Below, piece by piece: positions 1 through 8,989 of a stretch of 42,375 nucleotides of DNA. Both the position numbers and the translations under genes were made by a program. The DNA comes from Candidatus Angelobacter sp. (GTDB taxonomy: Bacteria > Acidobacteriota > Terriglobia > Terriglobales > Acidobacteriaceae), in contig DATDGH010000109.1 of assembly GCA_036522215.1 (NCBI GenBank), forward strand, positions 1-42,375, written 5' to 3'. Below the pieces are notes generated by a model. It was not told where the DNA came from, ran no database searches, and saw nothing but the letters and a program-made list of their open reading frames with translations. The stretch's first letter is position 1. The number at the start of each line of letters is the position of its first letter.

Positions 1-28
1 GGAAAACACTAAGTCAGTCGTCGCCAGC

Positions 29-922
29 TTGACCAGCGTGACCAAGAAATACGGCGAGGTCACTGCACTACGCGATGTCAGCCTGGATGTCCGGCGAGGC
101 GAATTGCTGGCCGTTCTGGGGCCGAATGGGGCGGGCAAAACCACTGCCATCCGGCTGCTGCTCGGCTTGTCCATGCCGGCTTGGGGCCAGGTAACAGTTT
201 TCGGGCAAAATCCTCGCGATGTTTCTACCCGAAGACGCGTTGGAACCATGCTCCAGGTTTCCAAAGTGCCGGAAACGCTAAAGGTGAAGGAGCACATTGA
301 CCTGTTTTGCAGTTACTATTCAAAACCACTTTCCCGAAAGGACATCCTGAACGCTGCGGGATTGGAAGGACTGGAAAATCGTTTGTTCGGCAAGCTTTCC
401 GGGGGAGAGAAGCAGCGAGTTTTGTTTGCCCTGGCAATTTGTGGCGATCCTGAGCTTTTGTTCCTGGATGAACCCACGGTAGGTCTGGACGTCAGCACGC
501 GTTACCTGATCTGGCAGCAAATCCGGCGGCTGATTAAACAGGGCCGAACCGTAATTCTGACCACCCACTATCTGGAAGAGGTAGACGCGCTCGCCGATCG
601 CGTGATCGTGCTGAACCAGGGGACAGTTGTGGCCGAGGGCTCACCGGCTGAAATCAAGGCGCGAACCGCGCAAAGAAAAATTCGCTGTTCAACGCGCCTG
701 CCTCTCGAGCAGGTATGGGCCATACCCGCGGTCAGCGACGTGCTTGCCCGGGACACGCGCATAGAAATCCTAACTTCTGAGGTGGAACCGGTTTTACGTG
801 AGCTTTTCTCCCGCGACCCCAACTTATCGTCTCTTGATATCTCCAACAGCAGCCTGGAAGAAGCGTTCCTGCAGATCATCGGTTCCAAGGACTCCCAAAC
901 CAACCATGAGGTGACAGCATGA
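29..922 (+). CDS. ABC transporter ATP-binding protein (ABC-2/exporter type)
   Basis: 297-aa ORF with Walker A GPNGAGKTT, ABC signature LSGGEKQRV and Walker B LLFLDEPTVGLD. The ORF-track start is TTG and the frame stays open back to base 2, so the true start may lie upstream of the window. ATGA overlap with the downstream permease. Confidence 0.9.
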   Translation: MTSVTKKYGEVTALRDVSLDVRRGELLAVLGPNGAGKTTAIRLLLGLSMPAWGQVTVFGQNPRDVSTRRRVGTMLQVSKVPETLKVKEHIDLFCSYYSKPLSRKDILNAAGLEGLENRLFGKLSGGEKQRVLFALAICGDPELLFLDEPTVGLDVSTRYLIWQQIRRLIKQGRTVILTTHYLEEVDALADRVIVLNQGTVVAEGSPAEIKARTAQRKIRCSTRLPLEQVWAIPAVSDVLARDTRIEILTSEVEPVLRELFSRDPNLSSLDISNSSLEEAFLQIIGSKDSQTNHEVTA

Positions 923-1725
923 CCAGCTACGCCGCGCCCTTACAAGATTTTTCCTGGAAACAGACTCTTCGCATCTATGGGGCTGAAACCAAGTGTGAAT
1001 TCCTGAAAGCCCTGCGGCTGCCCGCGTATGTTATTCCAACCCTGACCTTCCCCTTGGTGTTCTACGTGATGTTTGGCATCGTGTTCGGAGGCAAGCAAGC
1101 CCTGGGATCAGTTACTGTGGCCGGCTATTTTCTTGCCAGCTATGGGGCCTTCGGCGTAATCGGCGCGTCGATGTTTGGGTTTGGAGTTGGCGTGGCAGCG
1201 GAGCGCGGTTATGGCTGGTTACAACTCAAGCGCGCTACGCCCATGCCGCCGCTGGCGTACTTTGCCGCCAAGACCATCATGAGCATGCTGTTCAGCACCA
1301 TTCTGGTGCTGGCCCTCTTTACCCTGGGTTACACCCTTGGCGGCGTGAGACTGCCGTTTACGACCTGGGTGAATCTTGGAGCCATGCTAGTGGTAGGAGC
1401 AATTCCTTTTTGCGCTCTCGGTCTGGTCATTGGCTACTTTGCCGGGCCAAGCTCCGCGCCCGCCCAGGTAAATCTGCTGTACTTGCCTATGGCGTTCTGC
1501 TCCGGTCTTTGGATACCGCTGCAATTCCTTCCCAGCGCGCTGCAACATGCAGCCCCATACCTGCCGCCGTATCATCTAGCTCAGCTTGCTCTGGGAATCA
1601 TCAGCCGTGAGCCCTTTGGACGAGCGGCTTTTCAACATCTAGCGGCATTGACAGCATTCACGGTTTTGTTCCTGCTGCTGGCCCGTTTGGGCTACAACCG
1701 CGATGATGTCAAAATGTACGGCTGA
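919..1725 (+). CDS. ABC-2 type transporter permease
   Basis: 268-aa ORF that is strongly hydrophobic, with multiple predicted TM segments. The start overlaps the ATPase stop (ATGA), suggesting translational coupling. This is the typical partner of the upstream ATPase. Confidence 0.8.
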   Translation: MTSYAAPLQDFSWKQTLRIYGAETKCEFLKALRLPAYVIPTLTFPLVFYVMFGIVFGGKQALGSVTVAGYFLASYGAFGVIGASMFGFGVGVAAERGYGWLQLKRATPMPPLAYFAAKTIMSMLFSTILVLALFTLGYTLGGVRLPFTTWVNLGAMLVVGAIPFCALGLVIGYFAGPSSAPAQVNLLYLPMAFCSGLWIPLQFLPSALQHAAPYLPPYHLAQLALGIISREPFGRAAFQHLAALTAFTVLFLLLARLGYNRDDVKMYG

Positions 1726-1910
1726 GCTCGCGGCGCCGAAAGCGCTAAGCGCCCGCTGATTCCAAACAGTTTAGCTGGGCATTCAGTTCGCGATCGATGT
1801 AGGCTGAAGGATTGCGGCATCGCTGGCATGGTAGGAAGGTTTCGCCTACGTTGTTGCGGCCTTCTGAATGAAAATGATTTGCTGAATGATTGAAGTGGAG
1901 TAACTAAGAA

Positions 1911-2984
1911 ATGCGGCTGCTGCCCAAGGACAACGAACAAGGCTGGACACCTTACGCGTGGCTCGTCTACCTGTTCATTGTTCCTTTTATTTTCATCATC
2001 AGCGGCAATCGGTCGCCGGTAGCTTGGGCGGTAAACATTGCCGGCATGATCGTCTTCCTCGGACTTTATTTCTGGGGATATTGGATCAAGGGCCGCCGGC
2101 TGCTGTGGATCGTGCTGGCCATTCTTCTTCTTGGAATCGGGTTCGCTCCCTTCAATGCCGGCGCCGCCGTTTATTTTGTCTACGCTTCATCTTTTCTCTG
2201 TTACACAGGTGACTCTAAATCTGCTTTCCGGCTGTTGTTGGGCGTCCTGCTACTAATCGGGCTGGAGACCTGGCTCTCTCACCTGGGACCGGATTTTTGG
2301 ATCTCCGCCGGACTCTTCTCACTGCTGGTAGGCTCGGTCAACATCCACTACGCAGAGAGGCGGCGGCAAAACCAGAAACTCCTGCGGGCACAGGATGAAG
2401 TTGAGCGCATGGCAAAGATTGCCGAGCGCGAGCGTATCGCGCGTGATCTTCACGACGTTCTGGGGCATACGCTTTCCGTCATCATCATCAAATCCGAACT
2501 CGCCGCCAGGATCGCGGAAAAGGACCCGGCCCGCGCGATTCGCGAAATCCAGGATGTGGAGCGCATCTCCCGCGACGCGCTGGCGCAGGTACGCAGCACC
2601 GTTCGCGGCTACCAGGCCCGGAGCCTGCAAGCGGAGATGAACCAGGCGACCACCGCGTTGGAAGCCGCCGGCGTTAAGGTAAGTTGTGACATTGTGCCCA
2701 CAACTCTTCCGCCATCGCATGAAGGGGTTCTGGCGTTGGCGCTGAGAGAAGGAGTGACTAATGTTATCCGCCATGCCAAGGCTCATTCCTGCGATCTTCA
2801 TTTGCGTCAGATGAATGGTAGATACGAGCTGGAAATCAAAGACGATGGCTGCGGTCAACTCGCGCCCGAAGGATTGGGCCTCTCCGGCATGCGCCAGCGG
2901 GTAGAGGCCTTGGGAGGCCAATTGCAGCGCGAGGTCTCCTCCGGCACTCGCCTGGTCATCTCCTTACCCTTGGCGGCGCAATGA
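1911..2984 (+). CDS. Sensor histidine kinase, DesK/LiaS-like (HisKA_3)
   Basis: 357 aa with N-terminal hydrophobic helices and the H-box ARDLHDVLGHTLSVI. HATPase_c motifs present (EGVTNVIRHA, DDGCG, GLGLSGMRQRVEALGG). 4-nt overlap with the downstream response regulator. Confidence 0.88.
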   Translation: MRLLPKDNEQGWTPYAWLVYLFIVPFIFIISGNRSPVAWAVNIAGMIVFLGLYFWGYWIKGRRLLWIVLAILLLGIGFAPFNAGAAVYFVYASSFLCYTGDSKSAFRLLLGVLLLIGLETWLSHLGPDFWISAGLFSLLVGSVNIHYAERRRQNQKLLRAQDEVERMAKIAERERIARDLHDVLGHTLSVIIIKSELAARIAEKDPARAIREIQDVERISRDALAQVRSTVRGYQARSLQAEMNQATTALEAAGVKVSCDIVPTTLPPSHEGVLALALREGVTNVIRHAKAHSCDLHLRQMNGRYELEIKDDGCGQLAPEGLGLSGMRQRVEALGGQLQREVSSGTRLVISLPLAAQ

Positions 2985-3586
2985 AAATTCGGGTCGTCAT
3001 AGCGGAAGACCAAAGCATGGTGTTGGGCGCCCTGGCCGCGCTCCTGGAAACTGAAAACGACATTGAGGTAGTGGGTCAGGCGCACGATGGCAAGGAGGCG
3101 TTAAAACTCACGCTGCAGCACAAGCCCGACCTTCTGCTTACCGACATCGAGATGCCCGAGATGACGGGCCTGGAGGTCGCGGCTGAACTGAAGCAGCGGG
3201 GCTCGGCTGCGCGGATCATCATTCTCACCACCTTTGCCCGGCCCGGCTACCTGCGCCGCGCCATGCAGTCCGGGGCCTCAGGTTATCTGCTCAAAGACTC
3301 TCCGGCATCTGCGCTGGCGGATGCTGTCCGCCGCGTGCATCTAGGAGGACGGGTGATTGCCCCCGAGCTGGCCGTAGAAGCGTGGAGTGAAGACGACCCG
3401 CTCAGCGATCGCGAACGGCAGGTGCTGCGCCTGGCGGCGGAGGGCTCCAGCAGCGGAGATATCGCGGCCCGGCTGCATCTTTCCGAGGGTACGGTCCGTA
3501 ATTATCTTTCCGAAGCCATCAGCAAACTAGGCGCCGCCAACCGCATTGAGGCCGCTCGCATTGCAAGGATGAAAGGCTGGCTCTAG
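2981..3586 (+). CDS. Response regulator, NarL/LuxR family
   Basis: 201 aa. The REC domain shows VVIAEDQ and DLLLTDIEMPEMTG. C-terminal LuxR HTH present (LSDRERQVLRLAAEGSSSGDIAARLHLSEGTVRNYLSEAISKLG). Confidence 0.92.
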   Translation: MKIRVVIAEDQSMVLGALAALLETENDIEVVGQAHDGKEALKLTLQHKPDLLLTDIEMPEMTGLEVAAELKQRGSAARIIILTTFARPGYLRRAMQSGASGYLLKDSPASALADAVRRVHLGGRVIAPELAVEAWSEDDPLSDRERQVLRLAAEGSSSGDIAARLHLSEGTVRNYLSEAISKLGAANRIEAARIARMKGWL

Positions 3587-3655
3587 TTGTTGTGCGAGCG
3601 AATCCGTGAATTTTAATCTCTTGTGATGCAAGCTGTTATGGCTCCGTCCGAGAAT

Positions 3656-3687
3656 TTGGTAATTGGGTAACTTGGTAAGTTGGTAAT
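3656..3687. repeat. Four tandem 8-nt units TTGGTAAN (TTGGTAAT TGGGTAAC TTGGTAAG TTGGTAAT)
   Basis: Read directly from the sequence in the intergenic region upstream of the ArsR-family gene. Confidence 0.8.
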
Positions 3688-3757
3688 TGAAAATCAAAAG
3701 GTAAAATCTCCCTCTGAGCCGGGCTGGCCAATAGTTAACCAATATGTTAAATAGTTA

Positions 3758-3786
3758 TTGACACTGCTGCGCGCTCTCCATATATT
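3758..3786 (+). promoter_or_regulatory. Sigma70-like promoter of the ArsR-family gene (TTGACA-17 nt-TATATT), bracketed by a 9-bp inverted repeat
   Basis: TTGACA at 3758-3763, a 17-nt spacer, then TATATT at 3781-3786. The inverted repeat TGTTAAATA (3745-3753) / TATTTAACA (3783-3791) overlaps the -10 and is a likely auto-operator. Confidence 0.6.
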
Positions 3787-3793
3787 TAACACC

Positions 3794-4147
3794 GTGGTTA
3801 ACAATCGAAAACAGATTACAGCGGTCTTTGCTGCTCTGGCTGATCCTACGCGACGGCGGATTCTGGATCGCCTCTCCGGACAGGGCGAGAGCCCCGTGAC
3901 AGCACTGGCCAGGCCGTTCCGCATTTCGCTGCCCGCAGTCTCGCGTCACCTTCGTGTACTGGAGCGGGCCCGCCTGATCCAGCGCCGTCGTGACGGGCGG
4001 GAGCACCTGATTCGGCCGCATCCTGCCGGTTTAAGAGAAGCGCAGCAATGGATTGCCCAATGCGTAGCCGGATGGGAATTCAGTTTTGATGCACTCGATG
4101 AGTTGCTTAAGAAAGATCAACGAAAGGGAAAAGACAATGAAATCTGA
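3794..4147 (+). CDS. ArsR/SmtB family transcriptional regulator
   Basis: Winged-HTH signature ALADPTRRRILDRL...ISLPAVSRHLRVLERARLIQRRRDGREH. The ORF-track TTG start (3758) coincides with the -35 hexamer. I prefer GTG 3794, only 7 nt past the -10, which makes the mRNA possibly leaderless. The start is uncertain. Confidence 0.85.
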   Translation: MVNNRKQITAVFAALADPTRRRILDRLSGQGESPVTALARPFRISLPAVSRHLRVLERARLIQRRRDGREHLIRPHPAGLREAQQWIAQCVAGWEFSFDALDELLKKDQRKGKDNEI

Positions 4148-4598
4148 CGTCACCATCAGCGGCAAACGGATCCAGATCACGCGAATTTTCAATGCTCCTC
4201 GAGAACTGGTGTTCACCTACTGGAAGCGGGCAGACAAGTTGCAACAGTGGTCCGGCTGCAAGGAAGCCACGAAATGCGAAATCCAGATGGATTTCCGCGT
4301 AGGAGGATCGTTCACCCAGAAAATGAACATCACGGGCGCGGGCGAGTTTACGATTACAGGTCAATACGACGAGATTGTTGAGCCGGAGCGGATTGCTTAT
4401 CATGCCGATCTTCGCTTCGCCGTGTCCAGAGTAATGGTGGAGTTCTTCGATCTGGGCAAGCAGACAAAAGTAGTTCTGACGCAGGAAGGGTTGCCGGATG
4501 AGATGATGTGCAACATTGTCTCGCAGGGCACCACCGAATCGCTGGAAAAACTCGATCAACTGCTGATTGGCCAGCCGGTCGGACACGGCGTGGAATGA
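4137..4598 (+). CDS. SRPBCC / AHSA1 (Aha1-like) domain protein
   Basis: N-terminus MKSDVTISGKRIQITRIFNAPRELVFTYWKRADKLQQW is typical of the Aha1/START-fold family that commonly follows ArsR genes. ATG 4137 overlaps the arsR-like stop by 11 nt. The ORF-track start at 4086 lies inside the upstream gene. Confidence 0.8.
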   Translation: MKSDVTISGKRIQITRIFNAPRELVFTYWKRADKLQQWSGCKEATKCEIQMDFRVGGSFTQKMNITGAGEFTITGQYDEIVEPERIAYHADLRFAVSRVMVEFFDLGKQTKVVLTQEGLPDEMMCNIVSQGTTESLEKLDQLLIGQPVGHGVE

Positions 4599-4643
4599 AG
4601 TACACCCGCATCATCTCGATCAGCTCACGCCCAAGGAGGGCCT

Positions 4644-5069
4644 ATGAACTACCCGCGCCTCGCTATTGCAGCGGTTGTCGGCCTCGTCGTTTACTTTGCC
4701 TGGGGATACCTCATTGAGGGCTGGTTGATTCGCGATCACTTCATTCCCTCCCAGGCCGTTTATCGCGACAGCAACGCGATGCAAAAATACATGCCGTTCG
4801 GCATTCTGTGCAGCCTGCTGGCCATCTTCGTGATGGCCGTGATCTACGCAAAGGTCTACGCCGCTCCCGGCGCAGTTTCGGGGGCAACTTCAGGAGCCTT
4901 CTTTGGTCTCCTGGTGGGTATCTTTGCCGCCTGCATTCACCCCATCTCCAACTTCGTCACCATGAATATTGACACGCGCCTCGGCCTGGAAACCTCTGCC
5001 AGTTGTCTGGTTCAGTGGATCCTCGTCGGCGTTATCATCGGCCTGCTGTACAAACCTGCCCTCCGCTGA
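4644..5069 (+). CDS. Small integral membrane protein (DUF1761-like, weak)
   Basis: 141 aa with about four hydrophobic segments. Same strand and tight spacing after the ArsR/SRPBCC pair. Confidence 0.6.
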   Translation: MNYPRLAIAAVVGLVVYFAWGYLIEGWLIRDHFIPSQAVYRDSNAMQKYMPFGILCSLLAIFVMAVIYAKVYAAPGAVSGATSGAFFGLLVGIFAACIHPISNFVTMNIDTRLGLETSASCLVQWILVGVIIGLLYKPALR

Positions 5070-5084
5070 TGGGAATCAAGTTGT

Positions 5085-5777
5085 TCACGGCTTGATGCGA
5101 TAGCCCGTCTTGCGCACAGTGAGGATGTGCCTTGGCGATGCAGGATTCTCTTCCAGCTTGCGGCGCAGCTCGGCAATATGTGTATCCACAGTCCGGCTGA
5201 CGACTGCGGCGGAATATCCCCAGACCTCTCGCATGAGTTGCAGGCGAGCGACAACCGCGCCGCGAGCCCGCAACAGGGCGAGCAGCAAATCGAATTCTTT
5301 CGGACTCAGATCCACAACTTGAGTCCCGCGGTGAACAGTGCGCGCGGCGGGATCGACTTCGATGGCGCCGAAACGCTGGATGCTCAAGGCTTCGCTGCCA
5401 GAGGCGCGTCCCGCCTGCGTGCGCCGCAAGAGCGCTTCAACTCTGGCCAGCAGTTCAAGGAGCCCGAAGGGCTTGGTTACATAATCGTCCGCCCCCATCC
5501 GCAGGCCTCTGACTTTGTCGGCCTCTTCTCCTTTCGCCGTCAATACCAGAATGGGAGTTGAATGGCCCTCTTTGCGCAAGGAGCGCAAGACGCGAAAGCC
5601 ATCCAGCTCCGGCAACATCAGATCCAGAATCAGCAGGTCAGGATTCGTGCGATGGAATTCTTCTAAGCCGGTCTTGCCGGTTTCTGCTGTTTCCACCTCG
5701 TAGCCTTCTATCTCGAGGTTGTTTCGCAGGCCAAAGGCCAGGTCGCGATTGTCCTCGATCAGCAGAATACGGCTCAC
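5085..5777 (-). CDS. Response regulator, OmpR/PhoB family
   Basis: 230 aa. The REC domain shows ILLIEDN and DLLILDLMLPELDG. C-terminal winged helix present (LSPKEFDLLLALL...VDTHIAELRRKL...LTVRKTGYRI). Confidence 0.93.
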   Translation of the reverse strand: MSRILLIEDNRDLAFGLRNNLEIEGYEVETAETGKTGLEEFHRTNPDLLILDLMLPELDGFRVLRSLRKEGHSTPILVLTAKGEEADKVRGLRMGADDYVTKPFGLLELLARVEALLRRTQAGRASGSEALSIQRFGAIEVDPAARTVHRGTQVVDLSPKEFDLLLALLRARGAVVARLQLMREVWGYSAAVVSRTVDTHIAELRRKLEENPASPRHILTVRKTGYRIKP

Positions 5778-7441
5778 CGTAAAGCCTCCGCCGATTTCTT
5801 CAGGCCGCTTCCGTCTTCTGTTGCGAGGGGCAGCTCAACCACGAATTTCGCGCCGCCTCTTTCCCCTGATGTAACCCAACAGCGGCCACCGTGATGCTCA
5901 GCGATGTCTTTTACCACGGACAAGCCAATGCCTGTTCCTGCGGTTGCTGATTGCCGATCGCGCTCCAGTCTTTGGAAGTGCTCAAAGATGCGCTTGCGAT
6001 CCTCCTCAGGGACACCCGGACCCTCATCATCCACCGAGAGGCAGGCCAGGCGGTTGCGCTCCTCCAGTCTCACGATTACCTGCTGCTGCTTGCGGCCATA
6101 TTTCACCGCGTTGTCCAGCAAGTTGATCACAACCTGGCGAAATGCATCGGGATCAATGTTTGCCGTGAGAGCAAAAGCCAGGCGGCATTCGAAGCGAGTC
6201 AGGTCACCAGGAACCACGGATTCAAAATCGTCCACGATCTCCTGAATCAGCGGAGCGAGTTCACGCTTCTGTTTTGAGAGCGAGTCAATCTTTCTCTCCG
6301 CTCGCGAGAATTGCAGGACGTTTTCAACCAGCTGCGTCAGGCGGCGGGCCTCGCGATCGATAATCTCAAGGGACCGGTGGCGCTCTTCGTCGGAGCGGAT
6401 GCGGTCCAGCAACAATGTCTCTGTAAACATCCGGATTTGCGTCAACGGCGTGCGCAATTCGTGGGAGACGCTGGAAACGAACTCGTCGCGGAGCTGCTGC
6501 AAGGCCATTTCACGTCGGAGTTGCAGGATTGCAGTCACAATCAGGCCGGCATTCAATGCCAGCACTCCCAGGAAAAATGGCAGCCGCGACCGAGGCAGTC
6601 CTCCGATCACGATTTGTCGCGAAACCTGGGGATCAATTGCGGCCTGTACGGTAAAACCCGAGAAGATCCCCTGATACACATCACCAAAAGGCTTTGTGAC
6701 TGCGAATTGAGGTGAGTCTTCGTGACTTGACCGGAAGCGTTCCACTCCTCCGTGATCCCGAACGCTCAAATGCACAAAGGCGTTGGTTACTTTTCCGTGA
6801 CCGAGTGACGGCGGAACCAGGGGCTGGCGGTTCAGAGCTGTTGCAAACCATGGCGTCAGGGCGGACAAATCAACTTCAAATCCGGCGCCTCTTTCTCCGC
6901 CATGTAACCCTCGCGTAGCCACAGCCACAAAGGTCCTGGGACTGCCTTTAATTTGAGTGTTGAACACTTGAAGTCCGGGGCCGTTCTTCTCCATCGGAAT
7001 TCCTGGGAGACTCTGCCGCAGCCATGCGACTGCATCGTCTCCAGGCTGTTCCCCAACAAATGCAATCTGGCCGTTTGGCAGATCCATTTGGAAATAGCTT
7101 TTCGCCAGACTCAGGGCGCGTTTCAACTGCCCGTCCTGGGTCTTAAGCAGAGTGTTTTTGATTTGGGTAAGGTCGTCAGATTGCTCAGCCTGCCGGCGCA
7201 CCACCTGCAGCAGCGGGTAGTAACCGTAGTAGCCGATTTCGGCGGCTGACCTGCGTATGACCTCATCGGCGACCAATGAGGAATAATCGTGGAGGACGCC
7301 TTCTGCCGTGGCCCGATGGTAGACATCGGAAAACTGGGCTTGCAGCGCCAGCAGGCTTGCCGCTGCCAGGCTGATCAACAGCAGAAAGACGATCACGGCT
7401 GTCCGTGAGCTTCGCGAGCGCCAGAACAACGGAACCGTCAT
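5774..7441 (-). CDS. Sensor histidine kinase (HisKA/HATPase_c) with periplasmic sensor region
   Basis: 555 aa with an N-terminal TM segment, a large extracytoplasmic segment and a second TM. H-box FVSSVSHELRTPLT, N-box LLDNAVKY, G-boxes DDEGPG and GTGIGLSVV. 4-nt overlap with the regulator gene. Confidence 0.92.
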   Translation of the reverse strand: MTVPLFWRSRSSRTAVIVFLLLISLAAASLLALQAQFSDVYHRATAEGVLHDYSSLVADEVIRRSAAEIGYYGYYPLLQVVRRQAEQSDDLTQIKNTLLKTQDGQLKRALSLAKSYFQMDLPNGQIAFVGEQPGDDAVAWLRQSLPGIPMEKNGPGLQVFNTQIKGSPRTFVAVATRGLHGGERGAGFEVDLSALTPWFATALNRQPLVPPSLGHGKVTNAFVHLSVRDHGGVERFRSSHEDSPQFAVTKPFGDVYQGIFSGFTVQAAIDPQVSRQIVIGGLPRSRLPFFLGVLALNAGLIVTAILQLRREMALQQLRDEFVSSVSHELRTPLTQIRMFTETLLLDRIRSDEERHRSLEIIDREARRLTQLVENVLQFSRAERKIDSLSKQKRELAPLIQEIVDDFESVVPGDLTRFECRLAFALTANIDPDAFRQVVINLLDNAVKYGRKQQQVIVRLEERNRLACLSVDDEGPGVPEEDRKRIFEHFQRLERDRQSATAGTGIGLSVVKDIAEHHGGRCWVTSGERGGAKFVVELPLATEDGSGLKKSAEALR

Positions 7442-7622
7442 TCAGGGTTGCGAGTATAGCACCGCCTGCACTTCCGCTCTGCCGCTGCACTGCTTGATTT
7501 GCATTCTCCTGACACCTTCTTGACAAACTCCTCACAAAAAATTGAATGGTTCACCACCTCCACGACAACTCCGCAGGCTGTAATGCTGCTGAAGCCAGTC
7601 AGCAGTCACAGAGGAGGCGAAA

Positions 7623-8372
7623 ATGTTCCGCCGGTTATGTACAGCAAAACTGTTCTTCGGGCTATTTTTCGTGAGTGTCACCGCTTACGCCCAGGCGCCT
7701 AGCGACTTCACCAATTTGCAATTCTTTCCCAAAAACATTTCTCGTGACGAACTGATCGGCACGATGCGTGGGTTCTCATTCAGCTTGAGTGTCCGCTGCG
7801 AATATTGCCATGCGGGAAAGGGCGGAAATGAGTTAAAGGACATGAACTGGGCCTCCGATGAAAAGGAGACCAAGAGGACCGCCCGCGCCATGCTGCGCAT
7901 GATGGATGCCATCAATCAGCAATACATCGCCAAACTTGGGCGGCAGACACCCAAACAGGTGGGATGCGTAACCTGTCACCACGGGCTCAGTATCCCTACG
8001 ACCATGGACGCAGTGCTTGCAGAAACGCTGGAGGCGAAAGATATTCCCGCGACTATCGCCCGCTATCGCGATCTCAGAAAAAAATATTACGGAGAAGGAC
8101 AGTACGACTTTGGAGAGACGCCGCTCAATGAGCTAACCGAAGGCTTGCTCAAGCAGCGTAAGACCCAAGCGGCGGTCGCCATCATGGAGTTGAACGTGGA
8201 GGTCAACACGCCGCCGTCGCTATGGAGCTACAACCTTCTGGCCATGGCCCATGCGGCAAACAAAGAAACCGACAAGGCCAAAGCTGACTTTCAGAAAATC
8301 CTGGAACTCAACCCGCAGGACGCCTGGGCCAAAAAACAGCTCGAGCAGTTGAACAGCGGGGGCCCCAAATGA
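7623..8372 (+). CDS. Secreted dihaem c-type cytochrome (reaction-centre cytochrome c subunit-like fold) with C-terminal TPR-like region
   Basis: 249 aa with signal peptide MFRRLCTAKLFFGLFFVSVTAYAQA and two CxxCH haem sites (CEYCH, CVTCH). GGAGG Shine-Dalgarno upstream of the ATG. Confidence 0.75.
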   Translation: MFRRLCTAKLFFGLFFVSVTAYAQAPSDFTNLQFFPKNISRDELIGTMRGFSFSLSVRCEYCHAGKGGNELKDMNWASDEKETKRTARAMLRMMDAINQQYIAKLGRQTPKQVGCVTCHHGLSIPTTMDAVLAETLEAKDIPATIARYRDLRKKYYGEGQYDFGETPLNELTEGLLKQRKTQAAVAIMELNVEVNTPPSLWSYNLLAMAHAANKETDKAKADFQKILELNPQDAWAKKQLEQLNSGGPK

Positions 8373-8527
8373 GCATAACGGGTCTACCCGCGACTTCTTG
8401 CGACGCGGTTTGCGGGTCCGCTAGCGCGACGCCATGACTTCGCGGGCTGCATCTCCAATGATCACACTCATGGTCAGGTGCACCTCTTTCGCGGTTGAGC
8501 GAAGTCATGGGCCATTCCACACAGGCG

Positions 8528-8989
8528 CTACCGCGCCTTCTTCCGTATGGTCTTCTTCTGTGTGGGCTTCCGCGTTTTCGGTGTTCGCGCCGAAGCTGCT
8601 TTTTTCGCCAGCTTTTTCACTGTGCGCTTTTTCGCCAGCTCTGCCGGAGTCAGCTTGGCAGCACTCTTCCACAGGCGCTCCAGGTCGTAAAACTTGCGGG
8701 CCCGTTCAGAGAAAATGTGCACCACAAAATCCACGTAATCCAGCAGCACCCATTCCGCCTGGCTGTAACCTTCTACGCTGTTAGGGCGGACGCCGGATAC
8801 TGAAAGCTGCTTTTGCACCTCGTCGGAAATGGCTTGAATCTGACGTGGATTGGTTCCGGTGCAGACGACAAAGTAGTCAGTGAAGGCGCCGGAATTGTGG
8901 TCCATCTCCAGGATGGCCAGGTCCTCGCCTTTTTTGTTCTCCACCGCACTCACTGCTGCGGCAACTTGCTGCCTTGTTTCTTTACTCAT
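8528..8989 (-). CDS. rsfS: Ribosome silencing factor RsfS with lysine-rich C-terminal tail
   Basis: Iojap/RsfS core present (DYFVVCTGTNPRQIQAISDEV...WVLLDYVDFVVHIFSERARKFYDLERLW). Conserved position after nadD with a 4-nt overlap. Confidence 0.9.
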   Translation of the reverse strand: MSKETRQQVAAAVSAVENKKGEDLAILEMDHNSGAFTDYFVVCTGTNPRQIQAISDEVQKQLSVSGVRPNSVEGYSQAEWVLLDYVDFVVHIFSERARKFYDLERLWKSAAKLTPAELAKKRTVKKLAKKAASARTPKTRKPTQKKTIRKKAR

